A stretch of 64,000 nt of DNA from Octopus vulgaris (GCA_951406725.2 OX597814.1:157170001-157234000); one strand, 5' to 3'. Numbered from the stretch's first letter, positions 26,420 to 39,682 are shown. Notes: generated by a model from the letters alone, not told the origin. Program-made: numbers and translations.

Positions 26420-28900
26420 TAAATGAAATTATCGGTTCTGCACTTACAAAATTGAGTATCTTAGAAGATTTGCACCACACACATGAAAACTCAGAACTCC
26501 TCTGACGCATGTGTACAGATTGAGATCTGTTGGCATATTTTGCATCTGTTTGGCATTACTATTTTGAAAGGCGATGAGCCTATATTTAAAATATCGGTGG
26601 AGAAAAGGGTCTTGATGTCAAAATGTCAAACATGATTGAGGAACTACAAGAGAAATAACAAGAACATCATTAAAAAATTCTCAGTAAATCTTTTTCTCTA
26701 TTAAAAACCTACTTTAACTGAGAAGTGCCCAAACTGAATGTCAGTATTTCAAAACGTGATATTTTGAAACAAATATTTTATTCCAATCAAAATAATGTCC
26801 AAGTAAATACAATGCTTAAATAAATGTATGGAATGAATGGGATCAGAATGTGAAAGAAAATATAAAAGAATAATATACATTTCTTCGTAGAGTACGTGAT
26901 ATTTGCAGTAGACATTAGGAAAAAAATGAATGATTTTTATAAGCGTTAGTCAATGGCTTAGTTGTGACAACAATATTTGGAGAAGTTAAACATAATGCCT
27001 TATAAAGTTGATAAAATGTGTACCTTAGTAATTCAAAATATCGTCATCTATGTGTTATAAAATGCATAGCAACTCACATACTTATTCCAATGGAAGGTAC
27101 TATTCATCATGTTATGGACACATTGCCATCAAATATTCATAATCCTTTACAAATTATTGTTGATATTTAACAACAAAGCAATATTGGTCATAATTCAAAA
27201 TATTATCGACACATCTATATGGTTAAAGAATTTATTGAGTTGCATAATTTTGTTGAAATAAACAAGTCACATAATGGCGATAACATTGTGATTTGTACTT
27301 AAGAAAATAGGTTGCAAGATTCGGAATACGTGTTGTCTGAATTAGCTAAAGAAGATGCTTAGCCATTTTGCATTGTAGGATGGATGCACTAGCTTTTTGT
27401 TCAAATTCCCTTTTTATTTCAATTCAGTACAATTAGTGTTACAGAAGTGATGGCATTAATCTTTTGTACTTCTCCATGTATACAAAATAACTGTAAAATA
27501 TCTACAATAGTATTATGTTTTCACTTGTAATTAGTTATAACAATAGAATCGTTGACAGGAAATAAAGTTTGACTAGAATGCAAAATGCGGGTACAAAGAA
27601 TATTCTTAAATATTGAGATTGGAAAAGTACAGAGGAAGCGGTAATTAAACTTGTAAAAGTACAGGAAACAAGAAAAATAACAAAATGTCATTCAATTCAT
27701 TTTGTGAAAACTGCTCCCGTATTGATTCTTCAACATAATTTTGTTCCACTGTTCATTGCTTAGCAATTCGCCCTCTGACTCATATATATCTTCCTTATCT
27801 AGGTCACTAATCACTTTGTAAACTGTTACAGGAATCTCATCAGATTATTGATGCCAGTTCTATATATTCAAATATATATTCTATATATGTATATATATAT
27901 ATATATATTCTCTATATTCATTTTTCGCTTTGTTTTTAAACATCAAAACTTTTAGCATAAATTAAACACAAATAGCAGACTCTAAAATGATATTCAGATT
28001 ACCTCCAAATCAATGGCATTCCAAATTATATTTCCTTCTTCTTCCTACTTGCCAATCCTCACATATTTACAAGACACGTTTCGCAAAATTGATGAGAAAC
28101 CCAGCCCTTATCTTGGTTTACTATTTTCAGTTTAAAGTATAGAATTTATAACTTTTTAAATAAATCATTGAGTTTTCTTCATTGTTTCTGCAAAACAAAA
28201 ACTGAGGATCATTTAAGCATTTTCTTCGCTTCGAAGACATTATTTACTATTTTTATCGTGAAATCATAAAGCAAACATTAAAAAATGAATTTATGTATGA
28301 AAGCAGTCTTGTCAATTTCCTTGAAACTATTTGAGAGTTTTCCGAGATAATTGTTAATAAAGAAAATACTTTTCTTGCCGAAAAAATTTAAGGCATCTCT
28401 ATACAATATTCATTCCATGAAATCAATTCAAATGGCCTTACACAATTTCAAGAATCTTTGACATTGTAATGGTGTTTGAAATTTTATGAAACAATTCATA
28501 TAATTTTCTATATCTTTGAAATATCGGCGGCAGCAAAATTGTAATAAGAGAAAACTACTTAAATTTGGCAAGAATTTTCTGAAGAGTATTCAACAAATAC
28601 CCAAATTTTAATAAATCTCGTAGGTACATTTTAAGTGATTTTTCCCGCCAACAGATTGTATTAAAATGTATAATCTTGTCATACTCAGAGAAAACGTTCC
28701 AGCAATACTCATCTCAAATATTGAACCGCTCAAAAATATTCACTTCTACAACACGATGAATCAAGTTGAAACAGAAATAGAAAATCTTTCATCCCCCAAA
28801 TAGTCCTCTTTTTTCAATTGTGAAAACCAGACAATGACATTCCACTTAATTGAATTATATAATCCAGAAGGAACAATAGTATGACCATCTCCAGATCATA
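26420..28900 (+). pseudogene. Candidate endogenous bunyavirus-like L (RdRp) segment fragment, heavily decayed
   Basis: Stop- and frameshift-ridden coding-like sequence. Collinear blocks resemble orthobunyavirus L as recalled: WHYYFERR*AYI*NI (26551), VMALIF..FH (~27450-27525), KSM-x26-EKPSPYLGLLFSV (~28005-28130), LVNFLETI*EF (~28310), KNFLKSIQQIPKF (~28570), LRENVP, SFFN, NPEGTIV*PSPD (~28861). Not verified by search. Confidence 0.65.
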
Positions 28901-29082
28901 GTTTCATCACAATTCTGATTTTACCAGCTACAGTATTTCCGCCATAGAAAAATAATACAAAATGTGAATAAGTGAGCACATTCAAAGTCAACACTGTAAA
29001 ATTATTTGAGGATATTTATAAACATTAAATGGGCAATTTCATTGTTGGCTATTGTAATAATTGATGTCGGCCGTAGTAGAAG

Positions 29083-29153
<71 letters not shown>

Positions 29154-29639
29154 GTAGTAGTAGTTGTAGCAGCAGCAGCAGCTGCAGCGGCGGCAGTAAT
29201 ATTAGTTTTTGTTGGTTATTATGGTTGATTTTGTTGGTGACTTTACGCTACAATCCATATTATTATATCAAAGCTACAATCCATATATTATATCAAAGGT
29301 ATTGGAGTCCAAACTTTAGAATTATATTATTTAATATGTGGGTATTTTGTTAGATAATTGTACGGGATTTCAGAAATATTTGCTTGTTACTTCTGGCAAG
29401 TAGAGCGACAATGTTCAGGCTTGTTTGAGAAATTGTAGTAGTTATTGTTTAGCTCCTGTTCCATGAGACTAATCATTCGAGACATGGCCATCCAGACTTT
29501 ACGTGTATGGCCATAAGAATGGTAGCGTGCGATGTGAGGAAGATTTGACTCCTATCACAAAGTATAAGAGTATTTAAGTAGAGCAAGGATATTATACCTA
29601 TAAAAACAATAGGGTTGTTGACTCTATCTCAAAGTTATC

Positions 29640-30330
29640 GGAATGAATTACAAAGTCAGTACAATTCTGGTTTTGACGTCCAGGCTGATTTTGTCACCGA
29701 GTGTGCTGTCCAATATCCCAAACGTTGGCACTAGCGCTTGTACTGCAAAAGCATTCTACAGAAGTACCCTTTTGTTACGTTGGCTTCAGTGACAGCACCA
29801 ATATATGCAACCTTCTCATCGATTCGAAGTAGTAGAGATAGACAAACCGATAATATATATGTTCTCTGGTCAACAATCTTACCTCAGTTGACTATTATGC
29901 ATGAGCATCTATCTTGCCCAAACTATATTCGTTTATCTCGTGGGTATGTTGTAACCAGTTTGAATTGTCTCTTGATGTTCGTAATATTACAGAATATAAT
30001 TTTAGGTCATCAACAAAAACTGTTAGGGTAACATTAATTTTATCCTTTTCTGCATATCCCTGCATGTACCCTTGGCATTGTGTTAATAGGGCTGACAAAT
30101 GGATTCACCGTCAGTACAACCTGCATTACAGATAAATTATCACACTGGAATATGTCTATTTATCGCTTGATTCTTTTTGTAACAATAAGAAATGCTTTAG
30201 TAGTTGTCGAGGATAATTGTGTGAACCACATTGCAGTGTATCTTTCAATAGCATTCACTAGAATGCCATTGAAATACAGCAGCTTGTAATTTGTCAAGGT
30301 GTAATATTTCTATCCTGCATGAGTGAGACA
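29640..30330 (-). mobile_element. Degenerate RLE/R4-like LINE fragment
   Basis: VTLTVFVDDLKLYS RT motif in ORF 29895-30098; heavily decayed. Confidence 0.5.
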
Positions 30331-30669
30331 CAGAGTCGAACAATGTCTTGTAGTTTAGCTATACAGTTAAACGTTTACACCAATGTGATTGGTTTCTTTA
30401 AAGACAGCTTTGTTGGGGAGGGGCTGTTCTGAACAGCCCCAGACTCTTTTCTTTTTTCTGCCTATTCGTCGATTATTACACCATTTGTTTGGCATTGGCG
30501 TTGTAAAAACATATCCAGACAGTTTACCGTTTGCATATGACGTTCAGGTATGCAATGGATTTATAGTTTGGCGCCACACTTGTCTCTTTGTTCTTGTGGA
30601 TAAGAGTAGTCCATGAAACCATCAGTCAATTTTACTCAGTGTCCATTAAAAAAAGAAAGCATTTTCGTA

Positions 30670-31130
30670 AACTTTCATGCCGAGACTTGAAAATAATTTT
30701 GGACTTCGCTTTGCAATAAAGTGCTTCTGTTAAACTTACGAAACAAACGCTACAGTAACATAGGTAATGCTCCAGACTTCATATCTTTTAACTGTGAGCC
30801 GAGTATGTGTTTTTCGCTGACACAAAAGGTCGGGAAAAGCAAATTCACCGAGAATACGACACCCTTTTTTGTCATCAAAGGAATGGAATACATTCAATAG
30901 GTTCCCTATGGCCAAACAGTCATCAAAGACAACTTTGTGAATAGTTTGAGGGAATTAAGAAAGGGCTTTCGTTGTAAAAGGCCACAGTGCCTTGACCAAG
31001 AGAAGGCACCACTCCACAGCTCGAACGCAGAATAATTGTGACAACAGCTTAAAAAACAAAGGTGGCCAGCAAGGCGCTACAGACATTCGAAACTTGTCGC
31101 TCTAAAATTCCGACTAACACTCCTGTGCCA
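30670..31130 (+). mobile_element. Degenerate, internally deleted mariner fragment
   Basis: FVIKGMEYIQ*VPYGQTVIKDNFVNSLRELRKGFRCKRP, typical of the mariner catalytic domain. Confidence 0.6.
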
Positions 31131-31869
31131 TCAGGCTAAATGAGTCCTTGACATCAAATACTGTCTTTCACAGCACTCATCATTGCCAAAGTCCCCTTAA
31201 CTAATACAGCCAGTAGTTGGGGTAAAATTCTGTACGGTTTAGTCGTCATCTGTCATGCGTAGTATGTTCATTGTATTGTGATCTCTTCAGTCCTTGATGT
31301 TGTCAAATCAGGATTTTTTCAAAATGGCCTTTATAACATTAAATATTTTACAATGACAAAAATATATTGATTTGTTAGAATGATCACCATTGTCGCCCAT
31401 CCACAATATACTTCTCGTTACTAATATTTTTCGACGAACTTTTCAGAATTAGATTCCTATTCATAGAGTTATTTTATTTGAACACCACCGTTGTGTAGAT
31501 TACTCTTATGATAGCTGAGATATTCTGATACAAATTCAAATTTTGGAATTACCATTTTTTTGTGACTTAATGTCGCACTACATTTTTCACAGTTAATTAT
31601 TTTTAAATGAATAATTTTTAAACGAAGTTTTCAGCAAAAGATACTTCTTATTGAGCACATTCTTTGAAAGCCAATTTACTTTTAAAAATAATTGAAATAT
31701 TTTAATTCAAAGTTAACTTTTCGCTTTACACCAGTTTCTGCCCTCACATATTATGATCTAACTATTTCTTTTAATGAACCAAATTTCAATTATTTTATAT
31801 CCAAACGTATTTTAGTACTGGACCATCATTGCTAAAACAAACTGCATTCAATTTGGTTGAGAACTGACT

Positions 31870-32210
31870 TAGTAATGAAATCTACAACCGCGGGCAAAAG
31901 CGTAAAGGTTGACAACAAGCGTATATACACCACCTATCGTTGGGTGAAGGGTAAGTATATATCAGCAAAATCCACCAAACAATGACTGTGTGTGTCACTG
32001 TGGGTTCAAAGCACGAAGCAAAGCTGGGTTAGCTGTCCACTCAAAAAGACATTTTGATCCAATGAATACGTGCAAGTGTACCATTTGTGAGAAAGTTTGC
32101 AAGACATCTGGTGGATTGAAGGTACGCATGCGGTGTCGCAAGCGTTAGGAATTGTTGAAGGTTATTTGCTGAACCCTCATTCATCGTCTTCGATAGGAGA
32201 ATCCACCATA
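31870..32210 (+). mobile_element. RTE-like LINE 3' end with C2H2-like fingers
   Basis: CHCGFKARSKAGLAVHSKRH..CTICEKVCKTSGGLKVRMR followed by a short tail and (TA)n. Confidence 0.55.
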
Positions 32211-32574
32211 TATATATATATCAAATATTTTTATCGAGTTAGAAAACTGAGAGATCTACTGGATACAAATAAATTTATTGATTAATTAACATATTCACTT
32301 ACAGTTGTTTCATTTCAGAAGCAAAATTAAAATTACAAAACATTTATAAATATATAATTTCGCTTTTTAAGTACCTTGTATGAAGGATCATCAAGGTGTA
32401 CAAAGGACAATACCAGGATAATATTAAGATGCGTCTGGAATACTCAGTATAGACATGTTTATTATGTGCGTATATATATGTGTGCGCGCGCATGCGTTAA
32501 AATTATTACTTTTATTTGTATTTCAATAATTATAATAAAAATGATAATAATAATAATCCTTTAAAAGGATTAAC

Positions 32575-34270
32575 GTAACTCTTCACAAAGGTAAACAGTC
32601 AAGACGAAAAGCGCGATTCGATTGTAATAGATAGTTTATTGGTTGAACGATATTTCGACAGTAAACCTGTATTTGTCGAGTTCAAAATAAGAAGTGATAA
32701 AAATTCAAAATTATAGAAATTTAAATTTAATGTATGAACGAGAGCAACCAGCGTCCACATGTTGATGAAATGACCTCATCAGTCTTTAAGTTTCAATTTT
32801 ATAACAAGCGAAAAGAAAAAAGCAGAAAAGAACTGAAAAAAATGAGGAAAGAATAAAATATTTAATCAAACAGTTTTGAATAAATTTGATGATATTCTCT
32901 TGTCACTTTGTTCATTCCTCCTAGGCCTGATGTTAATAATCCGCAAACATATTTCTCCCCATGCATTTTGAGAAGAGAAAATGAAGCAGATTCAGAATAT
33001 TTTCTGAGAATATGTACTTTCAAGTCTTTTTCAAAATTGCAGCCGTTTAAAGCAAAATGTTCAGCAAGTTCTGTTGAACTACTGTTATTGTGTCTGACGT
33101 CATATCTGTGCCCATTAAATCTTTTGTTTAATTGTTCTGTTGCACAACCAACATCAATCAAGTTGTGTTTCATGCATTCTGCTGCGTACACCAAATGGAA
33201 ATCTTTACATGTTCCACCTTCTGTATAAATCAACATTTCTGTTATCATTCATATCCGCTGCAAATTGGGCGCATGAAAGGAATTCTTTCGAATTTTTGTG
33301 TACTGTAGGGAGACCATAAAATACAGGTGTTCTTCTTTCTGACTGTAAAATCCTTGATTTGACCTTATTAATGAAATTGTTTTCTTCCATTTCCAGAATT
33401 ATTTTGTCAAGTTCCTCTCTGTAATTGGGGTTTGGATCGACAGTTAATTTTTCATATGAAGTTTTGTCATTTAAAAATTCTTCTTAAGCGAAATATACTC
33501 ACTTCTGTCCATAATTTCGATAACGCCTCCCTTATCCGTTATTAGCTTTATTGTCTACACCCAGCAATATTAATTTTGAACGATAGTTTTCAATAATTGC
33601 TTCCATTATGTTAAATGAATTGCTCTCACCAATTAATTTAAGCTTTCGAAGCAATGAATCGCTAGTCTTTGATGCACACATTGATGCACACAAATTCTCA
33701 ATTTCTGATTCGTATTTAAATGGTACAAAATCCATTGGCCCAGGATTGGGCTCAACACTGGGGTCTAGTGAAAGTAACAGGGCTGACAAGCTACCTGTAA
33801 GAAGGAATAAAAAACAAAAACTATAATTTACATTAAGATTTTCTTTAGACATCCGGCTGCTTTGGTAACTTCCAGAATTTCTATGTGTTCCTATTGTTAT
33901 TCTGTGTACCATAAAATCGGTCATCTCAATCTAATCGATTTTGATATATTAAAAGAATTTATGTAACTCTTCACAAAGGTAAACAGTTAAGACGAAGAGC
34001 CCGATTGGATTGTAATAGATAGTTTATTGGTTGAATGAAATTTAGCCTGTCTTTGTCGAGTTCAAAATTCAAAATTATAGAAATTAAAATTTAATGTATG
34101 AAGGAAAGCAACCAGCCCCCACGCGTTGATGGAATGACATCATTCGTCTTTAAGTTTAATTTTATAACAAGGGAAAAGAAAAAGACGAAAAAATAGAATA
34201 AAAACAGAAAGAAAGAAGAAAGAAAAAAGAAATAAAGTAGAATATTTAATCAAATAGTTTTGTATAAATA
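32575..34270 (-). mobile_element. Penelope-like element with ~300 bp direct terminal repeats and RT core deleted
   Basis: Direct repeats starting gtaactcttcacaaaggtaaacag at ~32575 and ~33963. Internal ORF pieces: N-terminus with VEPNPGP, DKGGVIEIMDRSEY (DKG motif), FYGLPTVHK, then fused to a GIY-YIG domain (LVYAAEC..DVG..LNKRFNGH). Confidence 0.88.
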
Positions 34271-35010
34271 CTAATACTAGACTTTCCAACTCTCCTCTAA
34301 CATTTACTAGGAATTACACCTCCTCACACGTGCCTAATAAAAGCGGCGGGGGATCTAGTCTCCATTGGCTTGAAATGTTAAGGGCCCCGCTAAAGCATTC
34401 TTTAAAATAGTAGAATCTAATTGCCCACGTAACCATAAGTACTATTCTATCTTTAACAGATCCACTTTGAAATTATTTATCTACACCAAATATAGAATCA
34501 ATTATCACCTCATCTAACAAACGTAAACCTAGCTCTTACAATCTAAATGCATACCATAGACCTACACAATGAAAACGCTATCGCAATAACATATCTAATG
34601 CCCCTGGCTCGACTACTTTAAACAACTTAAGCATACACAATATAGTCCCCTCCTCGGAGAGTAATGGGCGCACAGCTGAAACTGAGGAAAACATTAACAG
34701 GCACGCTGATACTAACAATACTAACTATATTATAACCACTACAACTAATAATACATATACTTCAACTACTAATAGGACTAGCAATAATATTAATACTAGC
34801 ACCAACGACAACATTACCATTACTGTAAATAATAATACTACTAGCACTCCAACCACAAACGCTACTACAAATAGTTGCAATAATAACATAACTAATACCA
34901 CCTCCTCTACCACTGCTAATACTAACATTACTACCAATGATACTACTACCGCACCTGCTGCTGCTATTGCTGCCACCACCACCACCACCACCACAACAAC
35001 AACTACTACA

Positions 35011-35063
<53 letters not shown>

Positions 35064-36700
35064 AACTACTACTACTAATGGTAATGACAATATTTATAAC
35101 AACGATGCCGATAACGGTAGAGACAATAATAATAATAATAGTAACGCTTGTGTTGATATTAATAGTAGAAATGACAGCAATAATAACAGCAATATTACGA
35201 TCAATTCAACTAATACTACGCTAGCTACTACCAGCACTACTTCATCTCTATCCCCAATTAACTATCGTAGAATTGACAGCTGCAATTGCTGATCCGGGCG
35301 AGACTGCCCGCTGCAAGCCCAATGCAGAAGATTCAACGTCGTATACTAATGCACCGTTCGCAACATAGAAAATAACTTCTTTAGCTACTGCAGTGGATCT
35401 ACTACATTTTTTAAACAAAGATATCATCCACATTTAAACTCGTTTAGATATAAAGGGAATAACAAATCCATGTAACTAGCCAGCTACGTACACCATCTAA
35501 TTAATAGAAAAATACAATATAAACCTTCCTGAGCAATAATAGACTCGGATATCCCGTATCAGGACCAACACTCCATTTGTGGAGTGTGCTTAAAAGAAAC
35601 CCTCAACATGTTAACCTGTAACTCACCACAATTGCTTAATAAACACAACGAAGACTTCGCTAGGTGTAAGCATAAATTCTTCCACGCTTTTAAAGTCTTT
35701 CATAAATCTAAATGTAAGTTCACCTCCCACGAATGACACCCACATACAAACTCCGGTGATCATTAACACATACCTCTCTATATCTCTTCTATCTCTCCTA
35801 TATCTCTATATCTCTTCTATCTACCTCATCTCTTATATCTCTTCTATCTACCTTACCTTATCACTTTATGAGATCAATATTCTTTAATTCAACTTTAATT
35901 TACTTTCAAACCATAAACTAATAAATCCCCTAATATTTCCTTCTAACTCCAATTTCGTAAATAATTTAACATTCAATTAGTTCCTTCATTCTCGACCGCC
36001 TACACACCTATAACCCTATTGTTAAAAGTAACTCTAAAGCCACTGATTTTAGCCAGAACAGACACAAGAATTTACTACTAGATTTTCTCTCCAACTCCTA
36101 TAGACTAGAAGAACACCACTGACAACTACTACTCTTTTAAATTTCTTTCATTGCTCTATTTTGTTAAATTTTTTACGTTATCTTCCTCTATCTCCTCATC
36201 CTCTCTCTAATCTTCTCGGATATCCTTGCACACTATATTCATAGACACTATATACTTATATGCCTTACTTCATCCTAAAGCCAATCCTTAACTCTCCCTC
36301 ACTCTATCTACCTCTCTTTCTATTCATTTACTTGTGTATTTAATTACCACTTAATAACGCTAACATTCTGTTATTGAACGTTGATATGTTCGCGCCTTTT
36401 CTGGATGTTTACAATATCAGGACTTTAACCAACTTAGATCTACGTAGAATTGCACCGAAAGACTTATGCACTTGTTTCTACAAGATCGGAAAATTGAGCT
36501 GTGAACTTTTTTGTTTCTTTCTTCTTTTTTCTCTTCATCTCCTTATTCCTTTACTATTGCCATCTATATTGTCATTTCATTAATCTGTACCCTCCTCACT
36601 TTCCCTATTTTTCTCTGATTACGGAATATTCCACACTCTGGGATATCCTAGAAACAGCTGTAAGACTTTGCATTTTTTCAATAATAATAATAATGTATGT
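34270..36700 (+). mobile_element. Degenerate Penelope-like element (3' part, GIY-YIG)
   Basis: SCNC*SGRDCPLQAQC..NVVY*CTV..GSTTFFKQRY..HLNSFR..ICGVCLKE..LLNKHNE..CKHK. Contains an internal (ACT)n tract and a degenerate hammerhead-like motif at 36612-36665. Confidence 0.8.
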
Positions 36701-36719
36701 GACCTAAACCCACATAACT

Positions 36720-36772
<53 letters not shown>

Positions 36773-36829
36773 GTGTGTATAGATAGTAGAGTTTGATGTT
36801 GATTAACCGTCTAAGGGATAGAAATATCC

Positions 36830-37700
36830 GTTTTACTACCGGTATAATTACTTATATTAATCCTGAGTATACATATGCAAGCATATTATGCTCACAGGTT
36901 ACAGGCAATGACTAAGATACAATTAAGGACCATAAGTATAACTACTTAAGTAACACTCAAGTTATAGTCATTTGCTCCAATAAATCAGACTTAGGAAAGC
37001 TTTGTAAAGCTATTTTGGATAAGTACATACTTTCCCTTAGAAAAAGATTAAACTTGAGTTATGGACTAATACCCAAAATGCAACAATTTGTTTCTCTAAT
37101 ATAAATTATAAGGATCAACATAAACTTCTGCCAATTGACATTCAAAATTACTACTCCTCCATAAACCCTAATAGTTTAAATAGTGCTCTCATTTTTGCTA
37201 AGAACTATACTAAGATCAGTATGAAAGAAATCAATGTAATCATCACGGCCCGAAAATCTACTATTGAATTTGGTAACAAATTTTGGGCAAGAAAGGACAC
37301 ACCAAATTTCTTTGATATAACAATGGGATCCTCAGACTCAGTGGAAGTGACCGAACTTGTGAGAATATATCAGACAACATTAATAAAGAATTCCAAGAAT
37401 TTGGTGGGGGACTCATTTAGAACTGCTTAAAAACTATCCGGCCTTTCTATCACTACAGAGAATGAGAAGTATTCTATCAACCACCTAGACGATAACTGTG
37501 GTATAAATACAGGATTACATGAACCTTACATGAAACCTAACTCTAACATAAAATCTTTAAACTATGAAAGTAATCATTCATAATCTATAAAGAGGATCTT
37601 ATAAAAAGCATTAGAAATAGAATTTCTTCTCTTCTAATGAGAACTTATTCAATAAAAATAAATATAAATATGACACTAAAAGAAGAAGGTAATGTAATCA
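36830..37700 (+). mobile_element. Penelope-like RT fragment
   Basis: KSDLGKL..IDIQNYYSSI..IITARKS..WARKDTPNFFDITMGSSDSVEVTELV. Confidence 0.8.
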
Positions 37701-38321
37701 AATCATGTATATTTATACGCATCCACATAATTCATGCATGAACACCCTCCTATTCTTCGGATAATTTTTATTTACTGTTGTTAACCTTGATATCTTGTGT
37801 CACATTTATCTCGTATTTTAGATGTATAAGAAATTTTAGACGCTTTAGGCGGTCTGTCACTTTGAAAATTGACATCTTTATTCCTATAGTTATCAATCTC
37901 TCATCTACATTGTGCCCCCTATTTTTATTACGCATAACTTTCTACATGTAATCTTCATTTATATGTGATTTTATATTAACCTTTATATATTTTTATATGC
38001 ATTTATATCTCTCCTATATCTTTATGTTTGGTTTTATTCTATATACCCCTGGAAAATCTTTACGGTTATACATGCATGATTTATGTTGACGTGTATAAAT
38101 ATATATGATTCAATTACGTTGATTGAATATCATCATTTATGCGTTCGGGAATTTGGTTGACTGCCTAGGATTTGCGTTTTCATTGTCCTCTACTTTGTAT
38201 TATTTCGCATTGGCTCTCTACGAGTACTCCGTAAATAGCCCATATTTTCTATAACATACTTCATGTTATATACATATATACATACATATATATATACATA
38301 TATACATATATACATACATAC

Positions 38322-38393
<72 letters not shown>

Positions 38394-38419
38394 TAATTTG
38401 AAACTGACTTATTGGAAAT

Positions 38420-38462
38420 CCACCTGAAGATTGTCGATCAGGACAAGAAACAATTGTAGTGG
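38420..38462 (+). ncRNA. Minimal type I hammerhead ribozyme motif, intact core
   Basis: CCAC CUGAAGA UUGUC-GAUCAG-GACAA GAAAC AAUU GUA GUGG. Stem I CCAC/GUGG, perfect 5-bp stem II, minimal stem III with palindromic AAUU loop, GUA cleavage triplet. Confidence 0.85.
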
Positions 38463-38547
38463 CGGTTTTTTTAACTTTTTATTAAAATTTTATGTATTGA
38501 TTAAGTCTTTCCTTGTTTGTTTTGCAAAATAGTGGTTTTGTCTCTAA

Positions 38548-38597
<50 letters not shown>

Positions 38598-39374
38598 AAT
38601 GGGTGACTTGTTCATTATTGCTAATAGGCACACTCTGAAAGAGATTTGAGGAATTATATTTAGTGTAGTCGTTGGTTATGACTGGTGGGAAAGTTACCAT
38701 TGGTTTCACGTGTATTGCTGTTTTTAACATTATTGGTGAAACATCAGATTTCCTAGTTTGAAGCAGAGAACCATTTTAGTAATGGAACTAAAAATACACT
38801 GTGAGTCGGCCCGGATTGTGACAACACAATTTATTTCACATGAAGGGACCGAATAAAAACACATTTTGAATTTTGGAACGTCATAGGTTCACAAATTTTA
38901 AAAGTAAGATGCTTAATTGGTGCCTTTATGAGAAAAATTCGAATGCCCTGCCTGCTGACTAGTGAACGGAAATCGTACATAAACGGACATGTTCGGACAC
39001 GACTAGAACTGGTCAATGAGAAATAACTCCACTTCAACAAGAAAGGTTTTCACCACGATGAATTTCGTTTAAGATTTGTTTTCAAACTTCTATCTCCATT
39101 AGTATGTAGGTTATGTGCCCCCGTCTGGTTTATTACTAATAGCAACAAAAGACGTGAAATCAATTATAAATTCCCGACCAATCACAACCAAAGTTAACAT
39201 TATATTTGTGTGTGTGCGCGCGCGCATGAGTGTATATGTGTGTATGTATATATATATATATACAATTTTACAATAGTATGAAATCTTTATAAGAATTTAT
39301 CATGTAGTTAGCGTGAAAAACCTCATAAGGGAAGAAATTATTAATTATTCCCTTTAGATATATTTATTTATATT

Positions 39375-39545
39375 AAGGGCATTACTATACATAAATGCCT
39401 CACGCTAGGAGGGACTCTTAAGGTCAAAGCTACCATAATAAACGCATTGTACCGAACGCGGCGTTCGGTACAATGTGTTTATTACGGTAGCTTTGACTTT
39501 AAGAGTCCCTCCTAGCGTGAGGCATTTATGTATAGTAATGCCCTT
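39375..39545. repeat. 171-bp near-perfect palindrome (85-bp arms, 1-nt centre)
   Basis: Centre cattgtaccgaacgc-g-gcgttcggtacaatg at 39460; three non-Watson-Crick positions across the arms. Confidence 0.95.
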
Positions 39546-39547
39546 TA

Positions 39548-39594
<47 letters not shown>

Positions 39595-39682
39595 TGTGGG
39601 TGGATGTATGAGTATGTATGTGTGTATCTTTGTGTGTGTGTGCTTGCATTTGTGTGAAATTACGTTTCGTTTTACCTCACAT

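Noticed and set aside
31981-32140. Two C2H2-like fingers as a host zinc-finger gene
   Set aside because: No TGEKP linkers, the second finger lacks its His residues, and no start or splice structure was seen. It fits an RTE-like LINE C-terminus.
36612-36665. Hammerhead-like motif CUGAUUA...GAAAC AGCU GUA (also a looser one at ~32296-32398, minus strand)
   Set aside because: Core substitutions (CUGAUUA; UUGAUGA) make activity unlikely. Counted only as decayed Penelope motifs.
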